DNA from: the human T2T-CHM13v2.0 reference genome, Homo sapiens
Reading direction: 5' to 3' (one strand)
Assembly: GCF_009914755.1 (NCBI RefSeq)
Contig: NC_060936.1
DNA length: 64,000 nucleotides
The notes beneath the pieces are model-generated. The model searched no databases, was not told where the DNA came from, and saw nothing but the letters and a program-made list of their open reading frames with translations. Every line of letters begins with the position of its first letter. The stretch's first letter is position 1. Positions 1 through 14,548 of this stretch are shown one piece after another. The position numbers and the translations under genes are program-made.

Positions 1-93
1 AGATGTTGTTGTGAGTTGAGCATCAGAAAGAAGAGGATGCTTGTTAAACAAGCAAATAAGCAGACAGCATTCCAATAATTCACAAACTATATA

Positions 94-770
94 CAGGGTC
101 ACAAGCTGTATCCCAAGCTGTGGGCCAACTGTGTCTTAGAACTCAAAATTGTATGTATTTTAGAAAGTATTAAAGTGTATATACTGCATATTATATATCT
201 CCCCACCAGGGCCTGAAGCGCTATTCTGTGATCAAACACAACAGTATTTCTGCAGCAAAATATGTGAATATTCACACTACGTGCATTAAATAAACAATGT
301 ACATTTTAGGGAATTCTTCAAGACTCTGTCAGATTAGGTCTGTTTTTACCTAAAGAAAAGAATTTCAGTGTTGAGTGGGTTTTTTTTTTTTTTTTTTTTT
401 GGATTTTGTGTTTTTTTGAAATGGTGTCTTGCTGTGTCACCCAGGCTGGAGTGCAGTGGCGTGATCATAGCTCACTCTAGTCTCGAACTCCTAGACTCAA
501 GCAATCCTCCTGCCGGGGCCTCCCAAGTAGCTAGGACTACAGGCTTATGCTATCATGCCCCGCTATATATATATATATATATAAATTTATTTATTATGAT
601 TATTTTTTGTAGAGATGGACTCTCGCTATGTTGCCCAGGCTGGGCTCAGACTTTTGGCCTCAAGCTATCCTCTCACCTCAGACTGCCAAAGTGCCAGGAT
701 TACACGTGTAAGCCACTGTGCGCAGCCTAGATTTTGGAAATGAGCATAAAAGATCGTGAGCCTGCACTCT
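94..770. mobile_element. MER46C-like TcMar-Tigger fragment interrupted by an Alu
   Basis: Resembles recalled MER46C sequence on both sides of the Alu. Confidence 0.45.
411..727 (-). mobile_element. AluJ-type SINE with (TA)n in the linker
   Basis: Antisense Alu consensus, poly-T head, diverged. Confidence 0.9.
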
Positions 771-2021
771 GCTTCAACTTAAAGCAGTTTAAAAATAAAG
801 ATGCTGCAAACTCTACCTCTGGCACTTTTCTTGCTGCTTTATTTTTGCGATTTCCTCCCAAATCTACTCTGTCACCCTGGAAGAGTCCTGAGTTATGCTG
901 CATATTAATGCATTGCATCCACAAACTGACTCATTCAATAAACATGACTGACTTATTGGACATGTACTATCAGCTGGCATCACACTAGGGACAGATAGTG
1001 ACTCAGCTATTCTATTGAGTGGTCCACTGGAGTCTAAGGCCATGGATTTCCAAATTCTAGACTTCGGAGTTTACCAAGGCTATTGAAATTAAAACAAAGA
1101 AATTTTTGTCTTTACACCTTATACTCAAAGGAATTCGACGGTGAACTCTATTCTTAAATTAGCATTTCCAAGTCATCTAACAAAATGCCATCAATGAACA
1201 AGTTTATGTGAAATTTAATCTTGGGCAGCAAGTAATACTTGAGAAAATATTTGTTTTTAAATTGTGTTTTATTTTCTTTTCCATTTACTTATTTTCATTG
1301 AGAGATAGTTGTCTGACCATTGCTGATTTCCTTTCTAGGAACAAGTTTTTATTATAAAACATCAAAGCATTAATCCAAATCATCCAAAGTTTATTCATTC
1401 TCTAAACAAATGAAAATCATAGGAAAGACTTATTATTCCACATGAGTTAGAACTTGGTTTAATTTGAAAATGGAAAAATTACTATCTTAGAGAGATGTAA
1501 GCTGACACACTGGAACTAATGATTCCTGTTTAAGGGTCTGTGTTGTTTTGTTTTTATTCTAATACAGCACATCCAATATTCCATTTTGGTAGAATTGTAT
1601 TTCACCCTTAAGTAATAAAGTGGTCATCCAAAGGATTTTAAGCAGCCTTCCAGATTTGAAATGCTTCTAGTTTGATAAAGACAACTCAGAGAATGACTTA
1701 ATGAGAAATTCAAAAGATGTGATCATAACACAATATCATGTCAAAAGAGGAAAAAAACCAGTAGGGGTATATTTGGTGTTAAAATGAAGAATACAAAAAT
1801 TATGGCTCTGAACTTATAGGAAATCAATCTAATATTTTTAGCTTTTTGCCAATACCACACCTGGAACAAAATTTTCAGCCATGATGAAGTATTATTTACA
1901 CCTTCATAATTTTTTGTTTCTTATGCCAGCAGCCTACAGGAAAATGCAACCCACGAGTTACAAGCAGACAATCTAGGTTTACTTTGAGAAAATTTGATGG
2001 ATAAAAAATTTTTTTAATTTA

Positions 2022-2289
<268 letters not shown>

Positions 2290-3287
2290 GAAAATGTTAA
2301 TTTTTACACTTCTTACAAACCTTACTGCCCAGGGGATGAATAAGTGAAAAGCTTTCAGTCAGTTGCCAAAGCATGCATGTATATATATTTTATATATATA
2401 TATAAAACTACAATAATCTGACATGTTATACACTGTGGGGAAATAGGCAAAAAATTATGCATGCTAAAACAGAATCTTGTCACTATATGAAATATTAAAA
2501 CTCAATGTGGTTAAACTCTATCAACCATATAGAGCTGAATGCAAGAATCATGAGATGTTAGTGGCACACATTTGTAGAGCAGCCCGCTAACTACAATTCA
2601 AATATTAGGTTTGTGGGCTATTTAGCTACATAGGAATGTTAACCTCCCACAGGAAACTCGTAATGGAAAATTCACAGCCCTTGGAGCTAAAAACCTTCAC
2701 CAATACCTGAATACAAAATATTTATTAAAACAGAGCCTTACTTCTAAGAGATAATTCTGCTTGTTCAGATTATTCCCATATTTAAACTTTATTTTGGGTA
2801 TCTTTTTCCAAATGTTAGGACATTTTTTAATTGTGCACTCAAAAATTTCATCGGCTTTAAATATGATTTATTCGCTATTTTTAATATTAGTCATCTAGCG
2901 CAATGCTACTCAGTCAATGATGAGCATAAACTCGCTTTTATGTTGTGTTGACAGCCTTGTTGACTACATTTATATAGCACATTTAAGATGTTTCATAAAA
3001 TATGCACTGATACTTCCTCACTAATAGACCTGATCAGTCCCATGTCCGTGTCCCACCTTCAGAATATAGTAATATTGTATATTCTTTCAAAATTAGTCAT
3101 CTGATAGAAAGACATGGTTTTATAAAACCATAACAATAAGATATGTGATTACTGGCTTCAAAATGAGAAAACTAAAAAATATGTCTAGAATCCAATTCTT
3201 AAAGCTTGTAAGCCGCAAATTGCAATTTTGTGCATAGTATTAATAGAAGGAAAAAAAAAATATAAATCCACATTTTTTTATCTTATT

Positions 3288-3482
3288 TCAGTCCTGGAAT
3301 AGACTAGCTCTTCCTAGAAATGAAATCTGCTCAGAAGTATGATCAAAGGTCACTGTACTCTTTGGACCCTGTTCTATATTGATGCCTTCAGTGAGATCCT
3401 TGGCCATGACCAAAATGGCCCTGGCAATTTTCTTACCAAAGTCATCCTTTTCTACCTCATAATGGTTGCAATTTGTACATGT
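3288..3482 (-). pseudogene. Module V probable last coding exon: CNBD beta8/alphaB/alphaC (TCTNCNHYEVEKDDFGKKIARAILVMAKDL)
   Basis: Matches A.T.C.LY.L.K.DF; pyrimidine tract ends ..ttccaa (AG lost); open for 64 codons to TGA. Confidence 0.65.
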
Positions 3483-4039
3483 TTGGAAAGTGAACAGAAC
3501 GCATGAAATACGAATTGAAATCATGATTGACCCTCTAATTCTAGTTGAGTAAAATACCTTGTGAAAATTAGGTAAATAATTCTACCAAAAATGTGGTTTC
3601 ATTTCGTTATGTCAGGAACTAAAAAGCCAAAGTAGAATGAAAAACAGAATTCAGGCTTCCAACTTTGGGGTTCAACACTGCTATGAATTTCAGAACTGTA
3701 AGCCAACACTCTGTCTGACATTTATTACTGGACCAAAGGACAGATATTCCTGCTTGTCTATTTCACTTTTTCTAGGCTCCTTTCTAACTATTCCACCCTA
3801 ATGCGTCTTAAAAGCATGTATTGTTTTGTACACCCAAGATGACGTCTGAACTGCTTTTCCTTAAGCAGTATTGACATCCAGTGGAGACTCAGATAATTAC
3901 AGGTGTGTTAAAATCCCTAAGGAATATAGCTCAGAATGGATGCCTGGTTTAAGGTAGTTATCACAATTCAGTAACAAAGATAATTTTTCCCATGCACACA
4001 ATTGAAACAGAATGAAACAAACAATACTTGAACAGTAGC

Positions 4040-4270
4040 AAACATAAAGGAGAAAATGTTTCTGACCTGAGGTTGGGAAGCATCAACCTGAGGTTGGGAT
4101 GCTTAGATATAGCATCAAATTGAACATCAAAATTAAAACTTTTTCTCTACCCAAGACACAGTCAAGAGAATAAAATGATAAACTGTAGGTTGGGGAATAT
4201 ATTTGCAAATCATGTGTATGACAAAAGACTCATTTCCAAAATACATAAAGAACTCTCAAAACTCAATAGT
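4040..4270 (+). mobile_element. Old L1M ORF2/3' fragment
   Basis: atatttgcaaatcat...aagaactctcaaaactcaata. Confidence 0.6.
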
Positions 4271-5525
4271 GGACATCTGCTTCAACCCAAATAAATTAAC
4301 AGGGTCTGAATTTACCTTCTCGAGGAAAACAACCAAAATAATGCAGGTGAAATATATGAAACAATAGTTTTTGAGATACTGGAATTAGATGATAAGGGCA
4401 GTGATCATTGAGGGAGGGGAAACGGTGATTATCACCTCACTGCCTTGAGAGGGTTTACAGCATGCAGTACAAGGAGGGAGAACACAGACAGCTCAGAGAG
4501 CTCCCTGTGCTGAGGGAAAGGAGCTGAGAATCTGGGGAGGTGAAAGAGGCTACATTTCATAAGTTACGGTTAAGAAGAGAGTCTGTCTTATTCTTATTCT
4601 TCATTGTATGCCAGCCACACACAGAAGGACTGGCACATACTACATTCTTGAAAGCTATTGGATGGATGGACAGACAGATGGCTGGATCAATAGATGAGTG
4701 CTAGGGAAAATGGTCCCCAAGTGGGAGCAAGTTCTGAAAGAAAGATTTGTGAATGAAATAAGGGAAGTATTCCTCCATTCTTAGAAAGATTAGTTGGTGT
4801 ATACTAACTACAAAACTTCTAATCTAACTTCTCGTTGGCCTATGACTTGTTTTTGTGTGTATTCAGTGGCTATCTATCATACATTGTGTACCAACTCTGT
4901 TGATGTAATTTTAAATTTCAGTGTAAAATAGAACTTAAATGGGGCACTGTGGAATGAAAATCAGGCTCTGACTTTGGAAGACTTTTTTCTGAAGTCCAAG
5001 AGGTGCTGATTTAATGTTCTGTATTTCTTATAAGTCCCTGAGGTTGTCTCCTGTGCTGATTGAGGGTGGGGCTAGACAGCAATTTTTTTGGCCCAGTTAA
5101 GCATATTCTGTTGAAAGCTTTCTTGACTCTTGTCTTAATACTTCTTCCCTAACATATTAGCTTTTCTAAAGTTCCCTGAAAAATATGTTTCATTTAAATG
5201 TCCAGTCTTTAAATGGCACCAGCGCTAGAAATTTAATATCAAAGTTTACCAGTTATATCTTTAAAAGATTATTGTTTTATGCCTTTGGAAAGTCCAAAGT
5301 GATCTAATAGTTTTATTCTACTTCCTTCTGCTTCCATAAGTTGCTTGGGCAACTGATACTTTTGTTAGCCATCTTCTGCAAACAGTCTAGATCTGTGAAA
5401 GCTAGATGTCTCAAATTAATATTCTAGTCTGTTCTAGGAGTGGTTGTAGGGGAAGTATATTTGTAGCATATTATACACAGCAATAGGAATTTATGTTTTC
5501 TGTTCACATTTCTTCTGTGACTTAC

Positions 5526-5622
5526 AAAGAAATACACCATTGAGTAAAATTTGAGAATTGACAGAAAATGGTGGAGTGAATCAAAACTCCTAAGAATTCT
5601 TTTCCTCTTTTTATTAAAACAC
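5526..5622 (-). pseudogene. Module V exon: CNBD beta-roll (GVLIKRGKEFLGVLIHSTIFCQFS)
   Basis: ttctacag| acceptor, |gtaagt donor, 97 nt; resembles V....G.E.L..L..G..FGE. Confidence 0.6.
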
Positions 5623-8118
5623 CTGTAGAATCATCCAAAGGAAGGAAACAATTTAGCAATTTCCAAAATAAATGTAAGTAGGCACATTCCTGTCTGTGTT
5701 CAGTAGTATTGAGGCAACCCTGATAGCCAACCTGAGCTATAGACATTGTCTCAAGAAGGACTTCTGACAGAAACCACACGGCCCTGTCCCAGGCCCTCCA
5801 GCATAAACTTCAGCAACAGGCAGGATTTCTTGTTTAACCCAGTTTCTCCTCTTGTCTAAATTGCCCAGTACATTTAGTAATTTCCTATAGTGTCTCAGAT
5901 TCAAGACTCAACCCCGTTTTTTCCATTCCAAAGCCACTTATTTTGTTTTCTGTCTCAGTGTTTTATACCAGGTCTCTGCCTCCCTGTCTTTACACTGCTA
6001 TTTCGTTTGCATTTTGTCCTTGGATCTTGACTCAGTTTTCATCACTCAATGCTAACTTCCTATCTTACTTTTTATCCCACTTTTAAACCCACAGGTCAAT
6101 CAAGTCAATCTAGACTCACCTGTATGCTGTTCCTGGAACCTCAGCCCCTAGTATCCCAGACACATGAAATTATGAGTAATGCAACCACATTGAGAAAATA
6201 GCCCAAAACAAAAGAAAAAGAAAAGTGCAGAAAATAAACCCTGAAAGGAAATGCTCAAGTAAGAACTATTAACTATCCTTAACAAGATGGGAAAAAAAGA
6301 AAAGAAACGGCAAGTATAGACCAGGTTGAATTTGAGGACTACACAGGTTGAAAGTAGTGGCACTAAAAAGCCTAGGAAGTCCTGTGAGGAATCATATTAG
6401 TGAAACCACAGGTAGATTCCAGGAACATAATGGAGGAGGCATGATAAGAGACATTAATGTAAGAGAAGATGACAAATGTTGAAAGTAGAACATAAACTAG
6501 AAATTAATATCCATTTCTGAAGGAAAATATAAGACAAACATATTAGGACAGATAGCCAAGAGTATAATTTTAAAAAATTTTACAGATTTAAAACAAAACC
6601 ATAAACTGCCTCCTTCCTAGTTATGAATGGCTTCCTATAGCACAGGAAACAGGTGGTCAAACAACAGGAAATGTAGGTCCTCCATTCTGGCTATCTTCTA
6701 TCATCTTTTCAACTGCAAAACACTACTCATATTAGACACTGGAGAAAATGACAAATATAGTTCTTGTCCTTAGACTAGTGACAATCAGAAAACAGACAAA
6801 CCAATAAGTACAATCCATTGTGATCCATACAGTAATAGACACATAATTCTAGGAGTTTTAAATTATTTTTACAGTCAGCAAGAACACCAACTAATCAGGA
6901 CGGAAGCTGGCCAAAGGGCTGGCCTTGGGTCCTGGAGGCTTCCAACTGTACTGGCACTGCCCCTTTCATTGCTAGATCACGGGGCAGTCCAGAGAGTAAT
7001 GAGGTGGGGCCAAGGTAACCAGGGTATTGGGACACTTTGGAGGCTCGGAGTAATGGCTGCTATCCAGCCTGCACGGAAGAATTTTAATGTTTTAACCACT
7101 GACATGGCCCTTCAGCAGTCTTGTGAAATCTGCATATATCATGTGGGCTCCTGTCTGTTGCATTCATCATAACCCCCATTTAGTTTATCAACTGAAGGCA
7201 ACAAAGTTGCTCCCAAGCTGGCTAAATTCAAGATATGCAACTAGGAAGTTGATTTCTCCCTTTGCCACGTACTCTACCCTTCCCTTCTAACCTTCAGCAG
7301 ACTTAATTCTCTTAGTATTTCCCAAAGTCTGATATTCATATGATTTGTAACACACATAATGATGTTAGATCCACAAATGAGTTTTAAAAAATTAATAGCT
7401 ACGTATATGAAACTAGCAAATCAACCCCTAATTTTGTGGATATTATTTCTTAGAACAAGACTATTTTTTAATGCATGTATTTTAAAACCCAATATCATAG
7501 ATGTGTTAGAGAAAAGCAAAAATCAGGAAAGTATTAAATGGAGGACAAGATCTGGGGAGTACTGCCCTATCTTAACTGAGATGATTTTCTTCATTCATCT
7601 TACATTTTTCTATAATGTATCTCCTTGCCATGGTTAAAGAATCTATTTTCCCCTTCTTTCTACTCTTCTAGGTCTCTCTTTTCCCTTCTTCAGCTCAAGA
7701 ACTACCTCTTTTTAGAAATAACTATTTCCATATTCATAGCACTAGGGAGCTTCTGAAAACCAGTGATAGAAACTCAACTTGAACTATCTGAAGAAAAAGA
7801 AGAGAATTTATTGACTTAAATGTCTAAACCATATGGAGTGGATCCGACTTCAGGAATGACTGGATCCAGGAGCTAAAGTATTGTCAGAACTGACACTTTG
7901 TTGTCTGATTACTGGCCTCATTCTTCCTTATAGCAGATCAATTTTTTTCATATCACAGTCCAGGGTCACAACTTTGTAATGTATTATCAATTAAACATTT
8001 TCCAATAAACTCACTTAGAAAAATTCTAGGGAAGGAATCTGAACAGAACTAAGTCACATATTTGATGGAAATACATATTTGGAGTGGAAGGAAAGCATTT
8101 CTTCAAAAGAAAACTTAC

Positions 8119-8352
8119 AAGAATGGTGGGATAAAATGTAAAAATATCAACTATAAAGAATAAAGAGTGTCATGTAATTTTTTGTCAAATTTTTGATGTT
8201 TTAAATGCTTGTCTCATATTAGAGAACCTCAGGTTTCTGAAGGGCAAAAAATTCTGTAAGAGCATGTACAGAGGTGCTTCTCTTATCTTATAAAGGGATC
8301 TTAAGATTTTACAGATGTGGAGATGCTTGAAGGATGAGTAATATTTTGCTAC
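8119..8352 (-). pseudogene. Module V exon: C-linker B'-F' (VAKYYSSF...IREAPLYMLLQ...RQAFKTSKI*)
   Basis: ctgctcag| acceptor, CTT|gtaagt donor, 234 nt phase 0-0, two TGA stops. Confidence 0.6.
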
Positions 8353-8744
8353 CTGAGCAGTAGGTAACAATTTAGACAAAGGAAACAATACATGAAAGTC
8401 AAGAAGAGATAAAAGAGCAAAGCCCGAGAGAAAATAATACTTAGCAGTGTGCTGACTTATTTCCTCCCTGTCATTCCCAACAGAGTTGTACTGACTAGCA
8501 CAAAAACAGAGTGCTGTTACACCGACCAAAAGCAATAGAAAAATGACCAGGGAGCTGTATTAATCAGGATAGACCAGCTGCTATAGGAAGTAACCTGAAG
8601 ATCTCTGAAGCTTAATGCAATACAAAATTTGCCTTACGTCACTGTCCAATGAGTAGGAAGGGTGACGAAGTCTCTGCTCCATGTAGTCATACAGGGACCC
8701 AGGATCCTACTAACCCATGGCCTTGACATTATCTATTAATAGAA

Positions 8745-9325
8745 CAGTGGCTCTTAAATATTAGTGTGTATCAGAACCACCTAGAGGGCATGTTAATACA
8801 CATATTGCTGGGCTGCAAAGCTTATAGCTTGCAGTGAACACCAAGAATTAGTTCTCAGACAATTCCAGCTGAGCGAGGAGGGGGACAGCTCTTGCCACCC
8901 CAGAATCCCTCTGTCAAGTATTTATTGAAAGGGCTTGTTAAACTACAAACATCCACTAGATGGTTTTTTGAGGTCAGGTCGTGAGACACCTATGGCCTTG
9001 TAAAAGCACTCAAACCTCATTCTCAAGAGGCTGTTTTCAGCGTTCCTTATCACACACTTCACTCCTTGTCCTGTTTTCAGGGTCAAGGAGTTACATTCTC
9101 ATGCACAAATAACATACACACAGTGCCTCAGTATTTTTCCATGCTCCGACCTCAAATGCCATGTACATAAGCTTGAACATGTTGCCGTGCACTCGCCTCA
9201 CTGGGCCTCACCTCCAGAGTTTCTGATTTGGTAGGTCTGGGGTGGGACCCAAGACCTGCATTTTGAACAAGTTCCCAAGTGATGCTGATGCTACTGATCT
9301 AGAGACAACATTTTGGGAACCACTA
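8745..9325. mobile_element. MER5A (hAT-Charlie) split by an LTR
   Basis: cagtggctctt...gaaccact termini; halves rejoin at ctgggc. Confidence 0.8.
8814..9200 (-). mobile_element. Solo ERV LTR (LTR47-like)
   Basis: TG...CA termini, ctgggc duplicated on both sides, AATAAA on the minus strand. Confidence 0.65.
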
Positions 9326-11243
9326 CGCTAAAGCCCTTAGGGTCTGCCTTTTCAGCACTCAGCTGGTGAATGAGGGAGAAGACAGTATTTAGAAAAAGCA
9401 CACTTGCTCTTGCCTTAGCTCAGAGGTGACAAATATCACTTCTATTCCTCACATTCATAATGGAACTAGTTAGCCAGCCCTACCTAGACACAGAAACTCT
9501 GGAAACGTGTTCTAGCAATATGGCAGAGAAAGGGAGAAGACATGATTTCTTTCTTTTTTTTTTTTTGGACATTGACAGTTAATATTACAGAGTATAACAG
9601 AACTAAAAGCTTAAAAGAAAATATGAAATTCCCTCCTGTGGACAAAAGTGACGATTTGGTCACTGAACTATGAGATCGAAGAATACACTCATTTTTTAGA
9701 GTTAGATTCAGATAATATTTTGATGTTGCCATTCAGCTATTTTGTTCTTTCATTTAAGAAAATACAAAGATTTAGAATTATTCTGGATGGGTTTATTAGA
9801 TAGTTTGCTCACAAGCATACCTTCAAACTTTAGTTTGCCTCGTATCCTACTTTTCTTTTTGGAGTGGAGTTAGACTGTGTCAAATCCTTTGTGAAAGTAG
9901 ATAGATTGTAAGTTATAAAAAAAACAAAACCATGCTTATATTTAAATAAAAATTGTTTCCCACTGGGAGGGTGAGTTAGTAAGCTTCATTTCAGTTTGGG
10001 GCTCACAATCCAGGTAATGTTTTTGCCAAAATCATCCTTGCCTTTTGCTAACTTAATGATAATTTGAGAGGTTAAAATAGCTTCCCTTTGCTTATTATAC
10101 AAATGAGCTGTTATGGAGTATATGCATGAATATGGTACTCATCTGGTGCCTAATTCATAATGCAGAATAAATAATGCGGCAGTTACCTCCCAAGTTGTAA
10201 GTTGTCTTCACCTGCAGATTAATTCTTCCAGCTGCCATTTGCTTGCTGAATTTTCTTTCAAATACAAAAGAACAGTAATTATGTCCTATTTTTAATTATG
10301 CATCCAATCTCAAGGGAAGAAAGGAATCTGATTGTTTCCATACACACTGAAATATCTTATCCTCACTCTGGACTTGCCATTGCTTTGACTTGCCATTGCA
10401 CTGCAGTTGAATAAATGGTTTGTACTTGGCTTATTTGAATTTTCGACTCTTCTGAGATTGCAATTCCTTTGAATGACAATGTAGAATTACAAAGATTTTT
10501 AAGCAACAGACTTTTTGACATCTCTAATTCATTATTCCTTGCAGAGAGACTTTGTCAGAAGCTACAAATTGTGGGGCTTGTTAAATTTTATGAACATGCA
10601 ATAAAAAACCCTGGAAAACTTTGATCAAATTTCAGGCTCTCAAGATATATTCAGCTTCTACAAGCAATTTAACGTTATATTAAATTAGTAGAAACTTATT
10701 ATTAGGAGCATTTTTTTTGAGATTAATCTTTACTCCCCTAATACAAGAGTGAAGAAAGACTAAACCTCAGTAAAGCTAATACAGGGGTTTAACAGAAGCC
10801 ACTTCCATAATGAGATTATAAACTAGAAAAATCAATGGATAATGTGGAATCCACTACTCTTGCAAATATCTAGCCCTACGTGTCTGTTTCCTAATATAAA
10901 GTACTCGGCAACTGGCATGTGATAGGCAGACTGGTGTCATGAAAAGAGAGGCTTTGCTATCAAAAGACTCCAGATCCAAGCACTCTCTCGGCAGCTTTCT
11001 AGTTGTGGCCTTGCATTGTTAATTTAATTCTTCTAAATTTCTGCTTCATTATCTGGAAAATGGGAATAAGGCCGTGAGAAAGGCAATAATCTTCACTGCA
11101 TAAGGCTGTGAAGATGGCTTGTGAAGATCTGTGTGGAAGCATGTTGTGCAAGTATCTCTTACAGCTGTAAATCTGGGTTGCTGTTTCACTGACCCAGTGC
11201 TGAGCCTAAGACAAACATTACAAAGTATGTGCTTTATGGTCCC

Positions 11244-11617
11244 TGTATTAGTCCATTCTCACACTGCTATAAAGAAATGCCCAAGACTGGGTAATTTATG
11301 AAGAAAAAAGGTTTAATTGACTCACAGTTCTGCATGGCTGGGGGTGTCCTCAGCAAACTTACAATCACGGTGGAGGCAAAGCAGAAGCAGAGACCTTCGT
11401 CACGAGGCAGCAGGAAGGAGGAGTGCTGAGTGAAGGGGGAAAAGCCCCTTATAAAATCATCAGATCTCATGAGAAATCACTATCATGAGAACAGCTTGGG
11501 GGAAACTGCCCCCATGATTCAACTACCTCCACCTGGTTCCTCCCTCAATCCTTGGGGATTACGGGGATTACAATTCAAGATGAGATTTGGATGGGGACAC
11601 AAAGCCTAACCATATTA
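11244..11617 (-). mobile_element. MaLR solo LTR (THE1D/MSTA-like)
   Basis: tgtattagtccattctc...gagatttgg consensus. Confidence 0.9.
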
Positions 11618-12109
11618 GTCTCCTTGCCTGAGTCCTGCTTCCTGGGCCAACCATCCCCTAATGCCTTGTTTGCCCAGCCTCACCCGTTTGTGCTGCTTCT
11701 GTACTTCACTCAGTCGATGCTCTACTTGAAGGCTTTGTCTCAACTATGCTGTCTTTTGGAAACAGATGTACAAGGTGGATGCTCACAGCCATGACCATTT
11801 GAACTGGCAGTGGCTTTCAAAACTTTGAAATCATTTTGCATGGATAAGACTTTTTTCAGCTCTTCACCTAGATGCTGGCCAGTCCTGAATATTACATATC
11901 TTCTCTATCAGTTTTGAAGGTGCCATTTCAACCTTGCAGCCAAGTGTATCCCAAACTTTGATATAGAGTAGTGTTCTTGTTTTGAATTTTCTGTCTAGAT
12001 GATCATGAGCAAGTCACCTAACTTTCCTGAATCCAGTTTATGTATCTATAAATAAGGAAAATATTTCCTTAAGACTGTTTTTGGAAGGATTTAATAAGGC
12101 AATAACTAC

Positions 12110-12330
12110 AGTAAGCTAAGAATTATTGAGCAGTTATTACATACTAGGAATTTTTCTATGTACTTTTTATGTAATGACTCAGTTCATCCTCACAATAACC
12201 CTATGAGGTCAGATTATTATCCCCATTTATAGACAAAGTCCAAGGGGAGTAAGCAATTTGTCCCAAATCATACAACCAGTAATTGCTGGAACTGAGACTT
12301 GAATCCAGACCACCTGGCTCCAGAGCCCAC
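12110..12330 (-). mobile_element. MIR
   Basis: cctcacaataaccctatgagg...attatccccattt core. Confidence 0.75.
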
Positions 12331-12494
12331 ATGTTTATCATACACATCAGGTACTCAGTTAATTGAAGCTGTAATTATCCACAGCAGAAAAAAATCACAA
12401 ATTTACTCACACAACATGACTTAGACAAGGAAATGCTAGTGTAGTAAAAGGAACATAGAACAAAATAAGTTAGATTTGAGTGTTAGTTTGTATA

Positions 12495-13162
12495 TGTGAA
12501 CCCAAAATATCTGAGACAGGTCTCAACCAACTTAGAAAGTTTATTTTGCCAAGGATAAGGATGCACCCACGACACAGCCTCAGAAGGTCTTGACAACATG
12601 TGCCCAGGGTGGTCGGGGTAGTTTTCTTTTATATATTTTAGAAAGACATGAGACAGTAATCAATATATGTAAGATGTACAATTGATTCAGTCTGGAAAGG
12701 CAGGACAATTCAAAGGGTGGAAGGTGGAGTTCCAGGTCATATGTAGATAAGAGACAGAAGGTTGCACTCTTTTGAGTCATTGAGCAGCCTTTCACTGAAT
12801 ACACAATTTAGTCTGGCTCAGTGAATCTGCATTTTTACATAAACAATAGGGCAGAGGAAGCAATCAAATATGCATTTATCTCAGGTGAGCAGATGGATGA
12901 CTTTCTGTCCTGCACCTGTGAAGATCAGCTATCGGTTAACATTGCCAGGGTGAAATTCAGGAGAACTGTTTTAGAGTAAAGATCTTGAGGCCTACAAGGA
13001 ATTGTCTTGTGGCCAAACTGTGAGGGCGGTCTGTAGCTTTATCTTTATAGCTACCTTATTTAGGAGTAAAATGGGAGGCAGGTTTGCCTGACATAGTTTC
13101 CAGCTTGACTTTTCCCTTGGCTTAGTGATTTTGAGGTCCCCGAGATTTATTTTCCTTTCACA
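12495..13162 (-). mobile_element. MER4A-like ERV1 LTR
   Basis: tgtgaacccaaaatatctgagacaggtctcaa ... ttcctttcaca. Confidence 0.8.
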
Positions 13163-13540
13163 CTTAGGCCAGTGAAACAGCCTTTGCAAAAAATTATAAC
13201 TGAGATTTCGTTTCTTTTTGCGTTTGTTGCTAACTGTGTGATCTTTGACAAGCCACTAACTTAATTGCTTCTAGGTTGTTTCCTCCTATGGACAACAAGA
13301 ATACTGATTACTAAATTGCAATGTTGTTTGAAAAACGAATGCCATACTTTCTTAAGAACGCCTGACCCATCAAAGCTGGATAAATATGGGAGGTTTTTTT
13401 TAAGAGAACATTATTTCTGTTTCCTAATCTCTTTTTGTGCTTCTTTGTAGCAAATGTACTCTATCGTCTTCCACACTGGGACCCCAGACACTCATGGAGG
13501 AGGAAATTCTTGACCAAAAATATGGTATGCTTGTACTGAC

Positions 13541-13835
13541 TTTTTTTTTTTTTTTTGAGATGGGGTCTCATTTTGTCACCCAGGCTGGAGTGCAGTGGTG
13601 TGATCTTGGCTCACTGCAACCTCTGCTTCTCGGGCTCAAGCAATCCTCCCACCTCAGCCCCAAGTAGCTAGGATCACAGGTGTGTACCACCATCCCCAGA
13701 TAATTGTTTTTATTTTTGGTAGAGACAGGGTTTTGCCTTGTTGCCCAGGCTGGTCTTGAACTCCTGAGCTCAAATGATCCACCTGCTGCGGCCTCCCAAA
13801 GTGTTGGAATTACAGGCGCGAGCCACCGTGCCTGG
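13541..13835 (-). mobile_element. Alu (J/S)
   Basis: Full dimeric antisense Alu. Confidence 0.92.
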
Positions 13836-14548
13836 ACTACATATTCTTTTATTCCTTTCTACAGTTTATGAGAGAGAGATTGGTTAATATAAAAGAATGG
13901 CTTTGTAATAGTGGAATTTCAAGTAACTGTTTTGGTCACATAGGTGAGCTATTTAAGGCCAAAGGAATTTTCTCAATGTGCTTGAAATCACAAATCATAC
14001 CATGTAGGTCACCCCTAAGGCAGGCGTTGCAAACTGGCCTAAACAGTACTGTTTGCGACACAGTGCTTCAAAAAAAACAATGGATATAAATCACTAGAGG
14101 TTAAATAGAGGCTCAAATGTCTCAGTAACTTATATCCCTTCAACTTGGCCACCATCAGAGACAGGTGAATTTGCCATTTTTGTAGATTAGCACTTTTCTA
14201 GAACTTTGGGGAAAGTTTCAGTTGCTTAAATGAGCCACAAAGGATTGAACACCATGTGCTGTTTTTATTCATTTAGTTCTGTACTTTAAGGGAAAAGACC
14301 TTAGAATTTACTGTCAAAGGGAAAAATAACAAACCCTTTTGGATCTTAACCTCTAGTCAGTTTTAACCCACCCAAAAACTCCCTAAAGTACTTAGATATG
14401 TTGCATAGCACTGATTTATAGGGCAACAATATTTAATTAGGCTATAACTAAAGAACCTACACCAGAGATCCACAGTCAATGAAAACAATAGTAACAGGTT
14501 TATACTCATGAGATAATCCAGATGACTTTCCTCTCTATTAAAACCTAC

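Noticed and set aside
368-730. 120-aa ORF and similar ORFs at 2035, 24068, 43523, 44941, 48387
   Set aside because: Alu-derived peptides
7340-7680. Candidates for the missing module V CNBD exon (HGKEIHY|gtaaga; EII...FIYV)
   Set aside because: Two weak alternatives that cannot be resolved by eye
9590-9803. Plus-strand acceptor-like site followed by a 50-codon open stretch
   Set aside because: Stops in the frame joined to the acceptor, no donor, no recognisable motif, and opposite strand to the fossil gene
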